This document shows positions 63,736 to 64,000 of a stretch of DNA of 64,000 bases, in pieces; within the stretch, counting starts at the first letter, position 1, and each line of letters begins with the position of its first letter. The notes under the pieces are model-generated. The model was not told where the DNA came from, made no database searches, and saw only the letters and a list, made by a program, of their open reading frames with translations. Both the position numbers and the translations under genes were made by a program. This DNA comes from a virus (taxonomy: Duplodnaviria > Caudoviricetes). The stretch covers positions 979 to 64,978 of the IMG/VR virus record IMGVR_UViG_3300031760_000054. One strand, 5' to 3'.

Positions 63736-64000
63736 TCTGTTCACCGTCCTTTCTGCGATGCTGCTTATCCTCACACATGCCATATCCGACAAGTAATCCG
63801 AGTGCAAAAATACTTACACCTATAAACATCCAGAGCAAGGGTTCAATCGGCATGGTTCTCGCTCCCTTCAATACACTTCGACCTGTTCTTCGGTTTCTAA
63901 ATCCGTTACAGCCGCCGCTCCGTCAATGTCATACGGGCATTCGTTTGCGACCATGTCGGCGGCTTCTTCGGGTGAATCCGCTTCAACTTCTTCACTGTAC

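Larger units (their letters stand above)
1..64000. mobile_element. Temperate siphovirus genome (partial), A118-like head/tail module, probably excised or circular form
   Basis: Integrase, cI/cro, terminase, portal, capsid, tail, holin and lysin all present; phage genes on both sides of the att region; no host core genes. Confidence 0.95.

Noticed and set aside
1-64000. Diversity-generating retroelement or CRISPR array
   Set aside because: No reverse transcriptase motifs, no adenine-specific TR/VR pair (IR mismatches are synonymous and of mixed type), no repeat-spacer array

Overview
The whole window is part of one temperate siphovirus genome, probably infecting a Clostridia/Lachnospiraceae-type host (inferred from protein families and GGAGG-type RBSs); no host housekeeping genes are visible. 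Layout: early leftward genes and cro/cI switch (1-2.5 kb); lipoprotein, XRE gene, tyrosine integrase and an apparently intact attP with arm repeats on both sides (2.5-5.5 kb), so this looks like the excised or virion form; an accessory region (5.5-17.9 kb) with small ORFs sharing a 22-bp leader motif, amidoligase + GGCT, an integrase remnant and a SNF2 + IbrA/IbrB-like operon; lysis genes (18-21.3 kb); an A118-like tail and head module (28.7-48.7 kb); a terminase large subunit split by a group I intron carrying a NUMOD4-HNH endonuclease; tRNA-fMet plus a tRNA-like element; a second PAPS-reductase/ParB cluster with a sodium:solute symporter; and many small early ORFs. The most striking feature is a ~6-kb segment at the end of the tail operon (22.6-28.7 kb), flanked by 112-bp inverted repeats that contain a tyrosine-recombinase-type core site and lying beside an intact XerD-like recombinase. 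Inversion would swap two alternative [tail-associated protein + CotH-family kinase] pairs onto one shared ~20-codon start, with an O-acyltransferase moron in the middle. All family assignments come from motif recognition by eye; no database searches were run.
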